NCBI GenBank assembly: GCA_051362555.1
Contig: CM120643.1
Coordinates: 4,464,001 to 4,528,000, forward strand
Length of the DNA stretch: 64,000 nt
Direction of reading: 5' to 3'
Origin: Lingula anatina
Taxonomy: Eukaryota; Animalia; Brachiopoda
A model generated the notes under the pieces. It saw only the letters and a list, made by a program, of their open reading frames with translations. It searched no databases and had not been told where the DNA came from. Positions within the stretch are counted from its first letter, which is position 1. Every line of letters starts with the position of its first letter. Shown here one piece after another: positions 1-11,407 of the stretch. The position numbers and the translations under genes were made by a program.

Positions 1-1454
1 ACGTGCAGGACTGGCATTTATCGCATCCTTTTACAACTTGAAAAATCCTTATCATATTCTTATCGTTAACCACAGTTGTCGCAAAGCTTTTTTTAGGGGG
101 GGGAGGGGGTATCGGTATTTCCTAGTAATTGGACGAACTTTTGTAGACTGTCAACTTTTGCCAATCCTCTAAAAACAAAGTAAAATCTTTATTGAATTAA
201 CATAAAATCTGCATACGTATCTGTTTTTATATTTGGTACATGGTGTATGATTTGGCCAGTTTACTGATTTATTGTTTAAAACCCTTTGTTTTGTGGAATT
301 TGTCTAATCAAATGTGAAAAATCAAAATTTCATCAGAAAGAAGACACTTTGATTGGTAAGGCTAAAAGTTTAATAAAAAAAATAAGAAGTTCAGTGTTTT
401 ATTTAATGCTGATCTTGTACTTGGTACTTTCTTTATTCTATATTTCGGTCGGCATCAAGGAGTGATTGAGAACAAAAGGCCTGATTAGGTGTCAGTCCTG
501 CACGTGCTGTTGGGTTATTTTTGCTGAGTGTTTCTGAATCACTGAGCACAAGTGACCGTAGAGTTATTTTAAGTAAACTTGTTTTTGCACAACCTTTTTA
601 ATTTTGTTTACATACTGTTCTCAAAGTGACTATGACTGGGATAAGGTTGTAAACTGACCATGTCTTCATGCTGTTCTTGATTCGCACGACGCATAAATTT
701 AAGTGTTCACTCAAAAATGTGCCACCAAAATCCTATTTTAAGATTTAAAGAGAAGAAAAATGACGCAAAATATAAGGTACATATCCTTTTATCTATAAGA
801 AAAGCACTCATCAAATTTGCAGAATTGAATAATGTTTGACTGCTGTTTGGTGTTGTGCGCGATCATCAGCATGGGGACATAGAGTAAGTTGTGGTGTCAT
901 GAGTGTGTACCCGCGTGTGGGGAGAACGCTTACATGAGATCGTATGCATTTTGAATTTTCTATACTGTTGCCACCCTTGAATTTGGATAAAAAATGTCCC
1001 TAGAGAAATTTTGGATCAGTCACAAGAAAAATACATCAAATTCAACTTTGAACGATGGCTGTAAAATACATCGTCAAATCTTCAACTTTCTCTTATAACT
1101 CTGGGTAAAAACCTGAGAATTTCATGTTCTGGTCAGTATTATGTCGTCTTGTATGCAGTGTTCTTGAGCACTTTTTTAAAACCAAAATGATTGATCTTGA
1201 GCGACAATTTTCAAAATGCATAGAATCTCCCACACATTTAGTTGTAGATAGTTGTATTTAAGATTAATTTATATCTCAAATTGCGCAGTCGTTATGAAAA
1301 TTACTTTTTATGTAGAGCCAAAACGTAATGTTTGGATTTTGCATACATCTGTATGGTGTAGTTGTTTGTATTTGTTATAATAAACGTACATAAAAGTTGT
1401 AATAGATGATGTGCAAAATGTCACATGTTTATTCTTGACTTTCTTTTCTTCAGC

Positions 1455-1540
1455 TCGACTTGAACCTTAGGTTTTCAACTCCTAGCTCGTCCTTTTCTAC
1501 TTCTTAGTCTGTCGCCTTACCTACTGAGCCACTGTCTCAG
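1455..1540 (-). pseudogene. tRNA-like Pol III cassette (copy C)
   Basis: Minus strand reads GACAG-TGGCTCAGTAGG-TAAGGCG (A box) ... GGTTCAAGTCG (B-box-like). ACTATAAGA lies about 30 nt upstream. Confidence 0.5.
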
Positions 1541-1631
1541 TTCGCGTTTTTCCTCATTCGTTTGATCCTCTTATAGTAGTTTGAATTGTTTATTTTGGTT
1601 TATTTTTGCAAAAGGTAATTTGCTGGGACCT

Positions 1632-1705
1632 AGAAGCGCCAGGAATCGAACTGGGGACCTTCTGTCTCAGAGGCAAGCGCGTTACCTACTCCTCCAAGTG
1701 TTCCC
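1632..1705 (-). pseudogene. tRNA-like Pol III cassette (copy B)
   Basis: Minus strand: TGGAGGAGTAGGTAACGCGC ... AAGGTCCCCAGTTCGATTCCTGG, with tRNA-length A/B box spacing but imperfect stems. ACTATAAGA lies about 30 nt upstream and a T4 tract downstream. Confidence 0.6.
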
Positions 1706-1782
1706 ACCCACCCTCCCCGTGTAGACTTTCTTCTTATAGTAACCAAAGAAAAATTCTAATAGCACCCCTTTGTAATTCCAAA

Positions 1783-1838
1783 GTGCCCGAGCCAGGAATC
1801 GAACCCCAACCCCAGGCTTTCACTGAGCCATGTAGCCA
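1783..1838 (-). pseudogene. tRNA-like Pol III cassette (copy A, internally shortened)
   Basis: Minus strand: TGGCTCAGTG ... GGTTCGATTCC; T5 tract downstream. Confidence 0.55.
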
Positions 1839-2175
1839 TCAGGAAAAACACTAAGACATTTTGTATGTTCAATAAGTGTTTTATTAAGAGCAATACAAAT
1901 TGCTTTTATGTATTCAAATATTTATAAAACATATATCTGTAAAATATCATCGTCTTCAGTCTTTTTATTACTACAAGTTAAAAAGCGTTCTAGTATTTAA
2001 AAGAATATTATGATATTATAGTATAATATTATGATGTCTGCATTTAAATTCACTTGCAGGTGTAAAAAATATAACATTCTTATATATTCGACTTGACAAA
2101 TAAACTATTTACCACACTAATGGTCTTATGTTTGTTCTTAATGACAAAAACAAAATATTTCAACTTCTTCAATAA

Positions 2176-2177
<2 letters not shown>

Positions 2178-2218
<41 letters not shown>
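2178..2218 (+). repeat. poly(A) tract preceded by AATAAA
   Basis: About 41 A directly after CAATAAAT; possible retro-insertion tail. Confidence 0.8.
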
Positions 2219-2219
<1 letters not shown>

Positions 2220-2354
2220 AATGGTGGATCTAGTCTCCGCCCTCCCCGAGGAGAGAGACCCATTCTGGACTCACATGATCAAGTTCTCAAAATATTCCAT
2301 CTCGCTCCAAATGTCAACATCTGACCCCTTTAAAATGTCCTGGATCCGCCATTG
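2219..2354. mobile_element. small hAT-type MITE
   Basis: Imperfect 15-bp TIRs CAATGGTGGATCTAG / CTGGATCCGCCATTG. TSD not resolvable because the flanks are homopolymers. Confidence 0.65.
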
Positions 2355-5250
2355 TTTTTTTTTTTTTTCTATATAATAATGACAATTATGAGATTTTTAT
2401 TAAATGATCTGTTTAAAATTGCACGCTTTTTTCAGTCAAACACTTATTGTTGGGAGCAAAAAACGGATACGCACTTTCGTTACGTTTGGCAAAAAAAGTG
2501 TCAAAAGTCCTACATAAAAAAATATATATATATAAACAACGTTTATACTAACAGCTATTGACAAACTGGAAAGACTAATGAACATTAGATAGTAAAATGA
2601 ATATGAAATAAAAAAAAATTCCTTGCAAAAACTACTTAGAGAACAAACTACATGTTCACTTATGAAATTTGGGCTAAAATCCAATGGGCAGATCACGATA
2701 TTTCTCATATTTCCTATAGTCTACTACATCCATTTTCAATTAGAAAACAAACTACATTTACATGAAATCAGGCTTAAAATCCAAGGGACAGATAACGATT
2801 TTTCTCATATTTCCTACATCTATTTTCAATTCGAAAAAAACCTTCTGAACATAATTTCGAATAAATTCGAATATACATCAATAATTTCTGCATCATTTGG
2901 TCGATAGAATGATGCTGTTAAGACAGAATTGCCGAAAACAGTTAAATTTGGAAAATAAAGCAATTTTCATTCCCATAAATGTATTTGTTCAACAGATTAA
3001 TGGCAAAAACATATATTTCAGGATAAAACGTGTACATATTTTACATTGTAAGAACTACGTTCAGAGATAAAACACGAAAAAAGGGTCTTTTCCATCATAT
3101 GAATGGTATTTACATGTTCGAAATCAGCTTTTCAAGAAGGGATTTTTCTTAAATAGAAATGAAATTTCTTAATTCTACATACTTCACCTGAGACACAAAA
3201 TAATCGATCTTGATTCGTAAAATGGCATCTCTTACTCAACAAGACAGCAAATACTCAAATTTCAAGAGACGATAATCCTTTTTTCCCTTCTGAACATTGA
3301 ATGAGCGTAAGTCGTCTCATTTTTTATTTCAGTACATTTGGAGAATAAGACTGAAGTTAACTCACGCCGCGGCCGGTAAAAAAAGAAATTAAGAATTCGA
3401 CACCGGACTTGTAGAATTTATAAATGGATTTGATAATGTGTTCATTGGTGATTTAGGCGAAATTGTTGAATATTACAGAAAAATACTTGGCTTTAAACCG
3501 ACATAAAATTTGTATATTTTTGCGTACTTAATTCGCATCTAAACTAGAAAGTCACCCCCTGCTGTCTTGCTGAAGAATACCACATATAGTACCATTTCAC
3601 AAATGTCGCGTGTGACAAACTTAACACTACGATAGTATACAACATACTTCAATACAATAAAGCAAGTTTTTAACTGATGACCATGTTTTCTGATATATCA
3701 TTACGTTTTAAATATGTTACATATAATTAGCAAATCACCTCAAATTCTTGATGCTATATTGATATAAAAAAACGTAAAAGATTCCTGTGGACAAAGCGTT
3801 TTCAAACCCGTTCAGAACAGCATTTCGGGTCATCAGTTCGCCCCCTATGCATTGAATGGTTGATCTTATAACATGTCACGCAGAAATCAATACAACTATA
3901 ATTTAGCTCACACATTTTATTGAAATGAAATGTTAAATCTTTTAAAATTTACGAATCTTGCCAATATTCGAAATGGAAGTGTATTACTATATCCCTTTAA
4001 TACTTGAATTATGTTCTTTACTTAGGAAATGGACGTTTGTTACTTTACCTATATATGACATATTCTATAATTCCACTACCAAGCGCTCACAAAATATCAA
4101 CATGTCAATAGCCAGACCCTCACAAGTCATTTCACAGCATTTCCCCCTCCTTGGTCATTTCTCGCGGTAAACTTCCACTGCCACTACTATTTTTACCGAC
4201 GAAGTTCAAAATACTGAACATGAAGTGCAACTGCATTTTCCTTTGTTTCATGAGACGTGATGAGATGAAGTGAAAGAGGAAATAAATGGTACGTGGGGAA
4301 AATGTTGAGAAATGGTCAAAAACACTCTTATGCAAACGGGCGTCAAAATACTTTTCAAAAATAAATCACTATTAACTTAATACCTGACATTGAGTTCTTA
4401 AAACGTTATATTGATATGGCTGAAATTACGATATTCGTATACTTAATATCTAAGCCGCCTTCGCTCCACTTCCTGATCACTCAGCACTGAGGCAGTGACG
4501 TCTCCTTCCAGGCTGTCCATCCCATTACATTCATGGTAGGGGGGGTGACAGGCTGAAGTGACCGCCTTTCCTTTTCAACTCTCACCAATATTTTACGGAT
4601 GGAACTTCATTTGTACTTTACAACAAATTAAAATTACATTGGACGAGTTTGTGATCAGTATATTTCAAAAATGCCATGCGAAAATTAACTTCAGATCCTT
4701 ATCAACCCCAAATTGAAATGACATTATGTAGGTCACTGGCTTTCTTGATATGACTCAATAAGGTTCACTGATTTGAATATCTGAGCAGTTTTTGATATGT
4801 TTGACCAACTAGACCTTACGATAGAGACTGCGGTGTTTTGATTCTGATGTTGTCTCAACCATGATTGTGACGGACTCCACAAAATACCACCCCATTGTGT
4901 TAGTGAAGACGTAACGCGAGGCGGAGAGGGGGGATAAAAAGTTCAAAAAGAAATTAACTAATAAGCCATTGGAAATGACAATATGACATTTTAGTTTAAA
5001 TTAGATGTCGAAAAACCATTCAGTAGAGAAAATCAGATTAAAAGGAAATATGTTGAAATAAAACGGCACAAATATTATGGGGGGAGGGTATGATGATGGT
5101 TTAAAAGGTTTGGGAGAGTCGGGAGAAATTGAGTTTTGAGTGCGTTCGGGTCTTTACCGGTGTCCTTTAACTTGAACACAACAGGTTATAGAAACTTTTA
5201 CAACTTTTGTTTCTAAATGTTGCCCCAATGAAGAAAATTGAAGCTTACAT

Positions 5251-5727
5251 CAGTGCCGTAGCCTGAGCAACATGCCAGGGGGGGGCAGTAAGTGGACACT
5301 AGGGAGCAAAGCCCCCCAGGGGGGAGGGTGTAGGAGGGGGTGTCCCCCTCCCACGGTGTGGAAAATTTTTAAAAACTGCATGTATAATGCTGCATTCTGG
5401 TGCATTTTAACTGTTATTTATTGGTCAATCAGAAGTCAGAAATTGTGGGTTCATTTTGCCATAAGTACAGTCATTTTTTCAACACAACACGCCAAATGGC
5501 CTGAGGGAGAGCTTTTTGGCATGAACTGAGTTGGCTAAAAACAGTACACCTTTGTAAACAGATTGTTGAATGATTGTCTAGTGGCTATGAGTGCCTTTTC
5601 TCACAGAATTGATACCAACTTTGCAATTATTTTTTTACCTTTGCGATTATTATTTTTTTTTTTTTTGCACCCCAATTTCCAGGGGGGGGCAGCTGCCCCC
5701 CCTGCCCCCCCGGAGGCTACGGCCCTG
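5251..5727. mobile_element. hAT-like MITE with 5-bp TSD
   Basis: TIRs CAGTGCCGTAGCCT / AGGCTACGGCCCTG; G/C-run subterminal repeats; flanking direct repeat TACAT at 5246-5250 and 5728-5732. Confidence 0.85.
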
Positions 5728-6602
5728 TACATCTATCATGTCTTGAAATTGAAATTTCTAAAAATTAAAAGAGAAAGAAATTTTTGGCATTTTTCACTGA
5801 AATTAACGTTTTTTCACACAACGAACACGACGCAACGTAATGACGTGTGAAAAAAAACGACGTAAAATCCCTACGCCGTGTCGACAGAATTTACAAGAAG
5901 TCAAAGTTTGCTATTTTTGAACTACACAAACTGTCGGCGATTATCACATTAAAATAAGTCACAGCAAATGTTATCACATCAAGTATGTTTGCAGACTTGC
6001 TCGAAATATTGTACATTTTCATAACTAGAGCCCATTTGCGCGATTATTCAGAATACATCAGAAAACATAAAACAGAAATACCAATGAATGCGATTTGTGC
6101 TTTTGCAGAACTGTCCCCATAGGTAATGGGATAAAAAAAGAGAGTTGTACAGATTGCGGTATGAAGGACAGAATGATAATTTGTTTTTTGAATAAAAAAA
6201 GGAATTTTTTCGAAGTGAGATATTTGGGACTTCATAAAGAAATCTCAACAATATTTCAAAAATGTTCCAGTAACAAAGCTAGGCTTACGACGTGAGTGTC
6301 ACCTCTACCTGAGGTGTGCAAAAAGCTGAATCCCCGATGAAAGCCACACAATGGAGACTGAAATACTGGAGCGCAAATATTAACTTGTTTTAATTATTGA
6401 TTGAAACAGGCTGTTAGTATGACCAAGTTGTAAAACAGCCGATGAAATTCTTGAAACATTGAAGGACTTGAATTGGAATATAATAAAGTTCTAAATTGCC
6501 GGTTCTATTTTTCTATTTCATTTTGTATAGTCAAACTATTTTCTTAGCAAACTGCTAACAACTCATTTCTAACCGAGGCGTTACTTTCCAAAATAATTTT
6601 TT

Positions 6603-6604
<2 letters not shown>

Positions 6605-6645
<41 letters not shown>
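6605..6645. repeat. (TG)n microsatellite
   Basis: Direct inspection. Confidence 0.95.
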
Positions 6646-6646
<1 letters not shown>

Positions 6647-6830
6647 GGGGTGGGAGACGTAGGGCATGCGTGGGAATCTCCCTCTCTGGCAATTGTCAAT
6701 GATGACAGGTATGTAATTGTCCGGGAGCATAGAGGAAGTTGAGTTACAACAGGGTTAATGCTAATGTATTTGACCTCAGAAACTTTCTCAACATGATTGT
6801 GACGTTGTCCATGAATTTCATCATATTGTG

Positions 6831-6988
6831 CAGGCAATTTCAAAGGGGGGGGGGGTCTTTTTCTGAAAAAGTGGACCTTTTACCATATAATCCCCATGTA
6901 CATAGGTCAAATTTTACCCAGAGTGGACCTTTTTCCAGCAAAAAGGGGGGTTCTTTCGAACCCCCCACACCCCCTAGCTACGGGCCTG
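6831..6988. mobile_element. hAT-like MITE with 5-bp TSD, left TIR partly deleted
   Basis: Ends CAGGC... / ...GCTACGGGCCTG, with TTGTG on both sides. A related uninterrupted sequence at about 4854-4910 has a single TTGTG. Confidence 0.75.
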
Positions 6989-7813
6989 TTGTGCTAGTGA
7001 AGACAGCGATAAATGACAGAGGACGCTGATATGATCATTTTCATATAATTTCTCCGAAGTATCATAATAATTTTTTTTAGATACTCAAAACTTTTTATAC
7101 TGAATGCACATATTTCAAGAGTGTCCAAATGTCATGAATTTCATTTATATGAAAAAAGAGTACTATGTAACAGTGGTAACCGTACTTGAGGCCCTGCAGG
7201 CGATACATTTTCTGGGAATTCACGTCGAGACGTTGTCTAGGATCGAGAAGCCGAAACAACTGAAGCTAACTATTTGTAAATTATTACCTATTTATAATAA
7301 CACGCTTTATATTAGTGATCATGGGTCTATTTGATCAATACTTTTATCAAGCTTTATTATTTTCTCTCGTAGCGACTAAAATCATAAATCTAGACTCTTG
7401 AACGACAGAATATTTATGTATATCCGATTACAAATTATTTTTGCAAGAAAGTGTTAAGACGGACTCCAGCAAGCTGTAGTTATAACAACTACGGAAAGCA
7501 GAGCGTCAGGAGAGACGACACATTCCATTCGAAGGAAAGGGGGACATGGGATAACCTTCGCCAAAAGTGGTCCGATAAAGTTGACATTTGCCCTTGGCCT
7601 GTATTTTAATACTCATATAAAAAGTGATTCTGTAAATTTCAGTATGATAAGTCACAGGGTTTTCCTTTTATTGCGTTAACAAATCTTACATTACAATGTA
7701 TAACAGAAAAGTAAAAAAAAAGCGGGATAATTTAAGGAAAAAAGACCCAATATATCTGCCATTTAATAGTGGACTGTATTTATCATAATATGAATTACTC
7801 CAGTAAGTTTGAG

Positions 7814-7847
<34 letters not shown>

Positions 7848-8734
7848 CCACACGATTATCAATTTATTGCTATAACATTGAAATATGCAGGGCGACCACG
7901 ACGGACGCAGGCGATAGCTTTACTTCTACAGCTATATCCACACATACATGTATACAAAACATGCGACTTTTGGTAGGCCCCAGTTAAATAAAGTTTTTAT
8001 AACCGACTTAGTCCTTAGTACTTTTATTTGCAGTAACATTTACTTCTGTTGGAGGATATCTTCTTTTTGTCTTATCGCTGATAAAAAAATAATTGTCTTA
8101 CTTGAAAGCTTAAATCAAATATTGAAAGATCCCACAACATGAGATCTTTTGTAATTGCCCTTGTTTTTTTGTTTTTTTTCCCCTTTCTTTTAATATAAAA
8201 TTTGAAATTTTCCTTGGTAGGATGGTGTACGTTACATTTAGTTCAATTTTGCTGAGAGGTTATAACAGGAAACTTAATGAACTTTGTAGATTTACAGTGT
8301 ATGATTGATATGTTTATATTTAGTACAGTGATGATTGATGGACAGGTGGGTCAGAAGACCACGTGACAACAGACTGTGCGTGCGGTGCAATTTAAACGGA
8401 GGAATATGTAGTCTGTGACTGCATACATACGACTGAGTGCCCAGATCAGTTTCGTTCAATACACTTTACAAATTTGAAGAACGTTTTCGCTAGTCCTCGA
8501 ATTGACATTCTAATGTTTACTACTTAATGAAACTACATTTTGAATTGAAAGACAATGTAAAACAGAGCACATTTGGAATATTTTCTATAAATGACGACAA
8601 AATCTTGGTCAATAGAGCACGTGACATGTTGTTTGTAGCAGTAGATTTGGTAACTTCTGCAGTTTTCAGATATACATGTATATGAATTGCATATAATTTG
8701 TAAACAGAAAATAAACGGCGTTCACGTTTTTGAG

Positions 8735-8760
8735 TTACGTTTATACTGGGACACCCTGTA
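8735..8760. mobile_element. solitary Tc1/mariner-like terminal repeat
   Basis: Reverse complement reads TA-CAGGGTGTCCCAGTATAAACG, a typical mariner-type end; partner end not found. Confidence 0.35.
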
Positions 8761-9780
8761 TTTCAATTTATGTCAGCCGAATACAATTTTTAACTTCGGG
8801 GTCTGGGAGATTAATATGTAAAAAAACTTCCTTTTAATGGAAAAGGAATTGATTAAAAAAAGTGTCCTTGCAAACACGTGTAGATTGTAACTGTGACATT
8901 TGGTTTGACATAAACATACAAATGTGGATTTTTTTGTTACATTAATTGCAATAAATGAGAATTATTTTGTTTTCTACTAGAATTTTTTGTGTCCTACCTA
9001 TATGTACCACTACGTATTTAAGATACTGTATCCAAACACCCCGTTAACCCTGGCCTTAAAGAGACAAATTCCATTCCTGTGCAAAACAGCGCGATGATTT
9101 AAGTAGTTAAATATTCATGTATGTATGTATGTATGTGTATGGAAGAGCATGTATGGAAGATCATAAACCAAATCATTTATTATACCAAAAGTTATAGAAT
9201 ATTCGCATTCCCCAAGACACCCTCAGAATTTTTATATTCTAAAACTTGTTTGAGCAAAGAATTTTATCCCATGGACTCGCAAGAATTTAAATGTATAAAC
9301 GTCAATACTTTAAACTGATTTATCTTATGTTCTAATAATTGAATTCTTATTTTATGTTATTGAACTATTTTAAAGAGCAGATTGATTTCATAATTTATTC
9401 AGTTAAATCTTCTTTATGTTGTTAGTGGATAATGTCATAATGTGTTTTAGTTACTTTTATCACTCTTCTATAGTCCATGTAAAATCTAACTTATATTTGC
9501 AAGAATAAATATCATAATTATAACATTATGCTGGCCTGTGAGTGGCCAACCTCGTCTGTTGTCGGTGCCATGTTATATGTGAGCTTAGATACGTATTTTG
9601 TTTTATATGTCTTAAATAAATGTATTTTGAAGCCACAATCACTTTGTGTGAGATTATCAAGAATTGCTAACCGTACATTTTAATTAAGGGATTCGAGAAA
9701 ATGACAGCGAAAGGATGACAAATTGAAAAAATATTTGAACGCGCTAGGTGGCTGGATGTGATGTGGTCGCAGGTATTAGG

Positions 9781-9925
9781 ACCCCCCCCCCCCCCGGATA
9801 ATCCTCCCCCCCGGATAATCCCCCCCCAGATAATCCTCCCCCCCCGATAATCCTCCCCCCCTCCGATAATCCTCCCCCCCCCGGCTATTTCCCCCTTTAC
9901 AACCGACCCCCGGACAATCCCCCCT
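9781..9925. repeat. C-rich tandem repeat (CCGGATAATCCTCCCCCC), probably subterminal repeats of a DNA transposon
   Basis: About 7 degenerate units of 17-20 bp. Confidence 0.75.
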
Positions 9926-10327
9926 GTAATGAATATAATTATAAAAATGAACAATGTGACACTGAGAAAAATTATAAATGCCTCCCTTAGATCAAAATGT
10001 TCACCAGGTAGAGATAGGGATAACATATCATCTCATTTATCCAGGAATCCCTTTGATGAACTTACTGACACTCTTTGTTGTTTTAACCTCCCCCCCTCCC
10101 CCCGTTAATCATGTTGCTAACCTTAATGAAGGCACATCCCCAGGTAGAAGTGGGGTAAACAGATAATCTCATTTATCCTGGAATCCCTTTGATGAGCTGT
10201 CAGTTTTAATTGTTTCTTCACTATCCCCCAATATCCCCACTGACAAATTATTTTTCAAAGGACGCCTTTTCCAACTAAAAGTGACATTTTTTGTCAATTA
10301 ATAATAATGCCTTTACAAAATTACTTT

Positions 10328-10628
10328 GTACCATAGGCCAGCTGAGTGATGACGTCAATTCTATATATATACTGTATATATATATTTTTAATTTTTACGT
10401 CAATTCTATACATATATATTTATTTTTAATTTTTACGTCAATTCTATATATATATATATATATATATTTATTTATCTTTAATTTCTACCATAGGCCAGCT
10501 GAGTGATGACGTCAATTCTATATATATATATATTTATTTTTAATTTTTACGTCAATTCTATATATATATATATAAATATCTATCTTTAATTTCTACCATA
10601 GGCCAGCTGAGTGATGAGGTCAATTCTA
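10328..10628. repeat. three-copy tandem repeat with TA-rich spacers
   Basis: TACCATAGGCCAGCTGAGTGATGA(C/G)GTCAATTCTA at about 10329, 10486 and 10594. Confidence 0.9.
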
Positions 10629-10820
10629 TGTAGAAATTGTTGCTGTTAAAAGAAAAGTCCACATACATGTAATTAACAAGAGTCATATCCATTATTATCT
10701 TGTGGCGTCAGCATGTAGGACCTACTTTAAAGGGATAACAACTGTTCGCATGATATCCATATTACAATAATAAATACATTGTAAACAACTCATAGAAACG
10801 TAATAAATTTTATTTTACCA

Positions 10821-10822
<2 letters not shown>

Positions 10823-10862
<40 letters not shown>
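10823..10862 (+). repeat. poly(A) tract
   Basis: About 40 A, with AATAAA about 20 nt upstream. Confidence 0.85.
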
Positions 10863-10863
<1 letters not shown>

Positions 10864-11289
10864 AGCAGTTAACGCAATTATTCTGGAATTTGTGCTTGCC
10901 ATCACACCAAGTGACCTCCATAGAAGGCTAAATTCTGTAATAATCTCTTATGCTTCAGAGAATATTAAAAAAAACTAAACTTTTAAGGAAAAACACGGAC
11001 TAACTTTGAATGTCGGAATGTATTCATTTACCATTAGTAAGACTGGGAAAATTGTTGTTTACCCCAGCAAAATTCATTTTTTGGCCAAAATGAACAGTTC
11101 TTATCCCTTGAAGTTTTTACAAGAACTCGTGTCCTTATAGCCATGGAAGATGCTCAAGAAAAGGTAACATGATATAAAAGATACGGGTTTGGGCTGTTCA
11201 CGTCAGATTGCGTTGAAAGGGGTGTTTATTCCTTGGTATAAGGTTCCGCTTTTTATGTCATTTTTTCTTGTAGCCTGAAATGCCGTTTT

Positions 11290-11300
11290 CCGCCATTTTG
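11290..11300 (+). promoter_or_regulatory. YY1-type site in the CpG-richer promoter/5'UTR of the FASTKD-like gene
   Basis: CCGCCATTTTG matches the YY1 consensus and lies about 110 nt upstream of the ATG. Confidence 0.5.
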
Positions 11301-11324
11301 TGACCTGACCTGCCGTTTCTACAA

Positions 11325-11405
11325 ATGCGAGCTTGCCTCAACTGCCTCGTGGTCGAGGTGGAGGCCATGGACGTGTTCAGTACTGGGAACATTTTAATCA
11401 TGTAA
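11325..11405 (+). promoter_or_regulatory. upstream ORF (26 codons, MRACLNCLVVEVEAMDVFSTGNILIM*)
   Basis: ATG at 11325 and an in-frame strong-Kozak GCCATGG (ATG at 11367); stop TAA at 11403-11405, 2 nt before the main ATG. Confidence 0.5.
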
Positions 11406-11407
11406 TC

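Noticed and set aside
1455-1850. Functional tRNA genes
   Set aside because: Acceptor and anticodon stems do not pair and the lengths are aberrant.
5146-5170. TTAA-type transposon end
   Set aside because: No convincing partner terminus was found.
9667-10026. Gly-rich 119-aa ORF
   Set aside because: Translation of the C-rich tandem repeat.
11325-11405. Spt4-like protein (RACxxC)
   Set aside because: Similarity is limited to a CxxC and the ORF is only 26 codons.
11333-11407. N-terminal extension from the TTG start in the ORF track
   Set aside because: Eukaryotic gene; the first in-frame ATG at 11408 begins the transit-peptide-like sequence.
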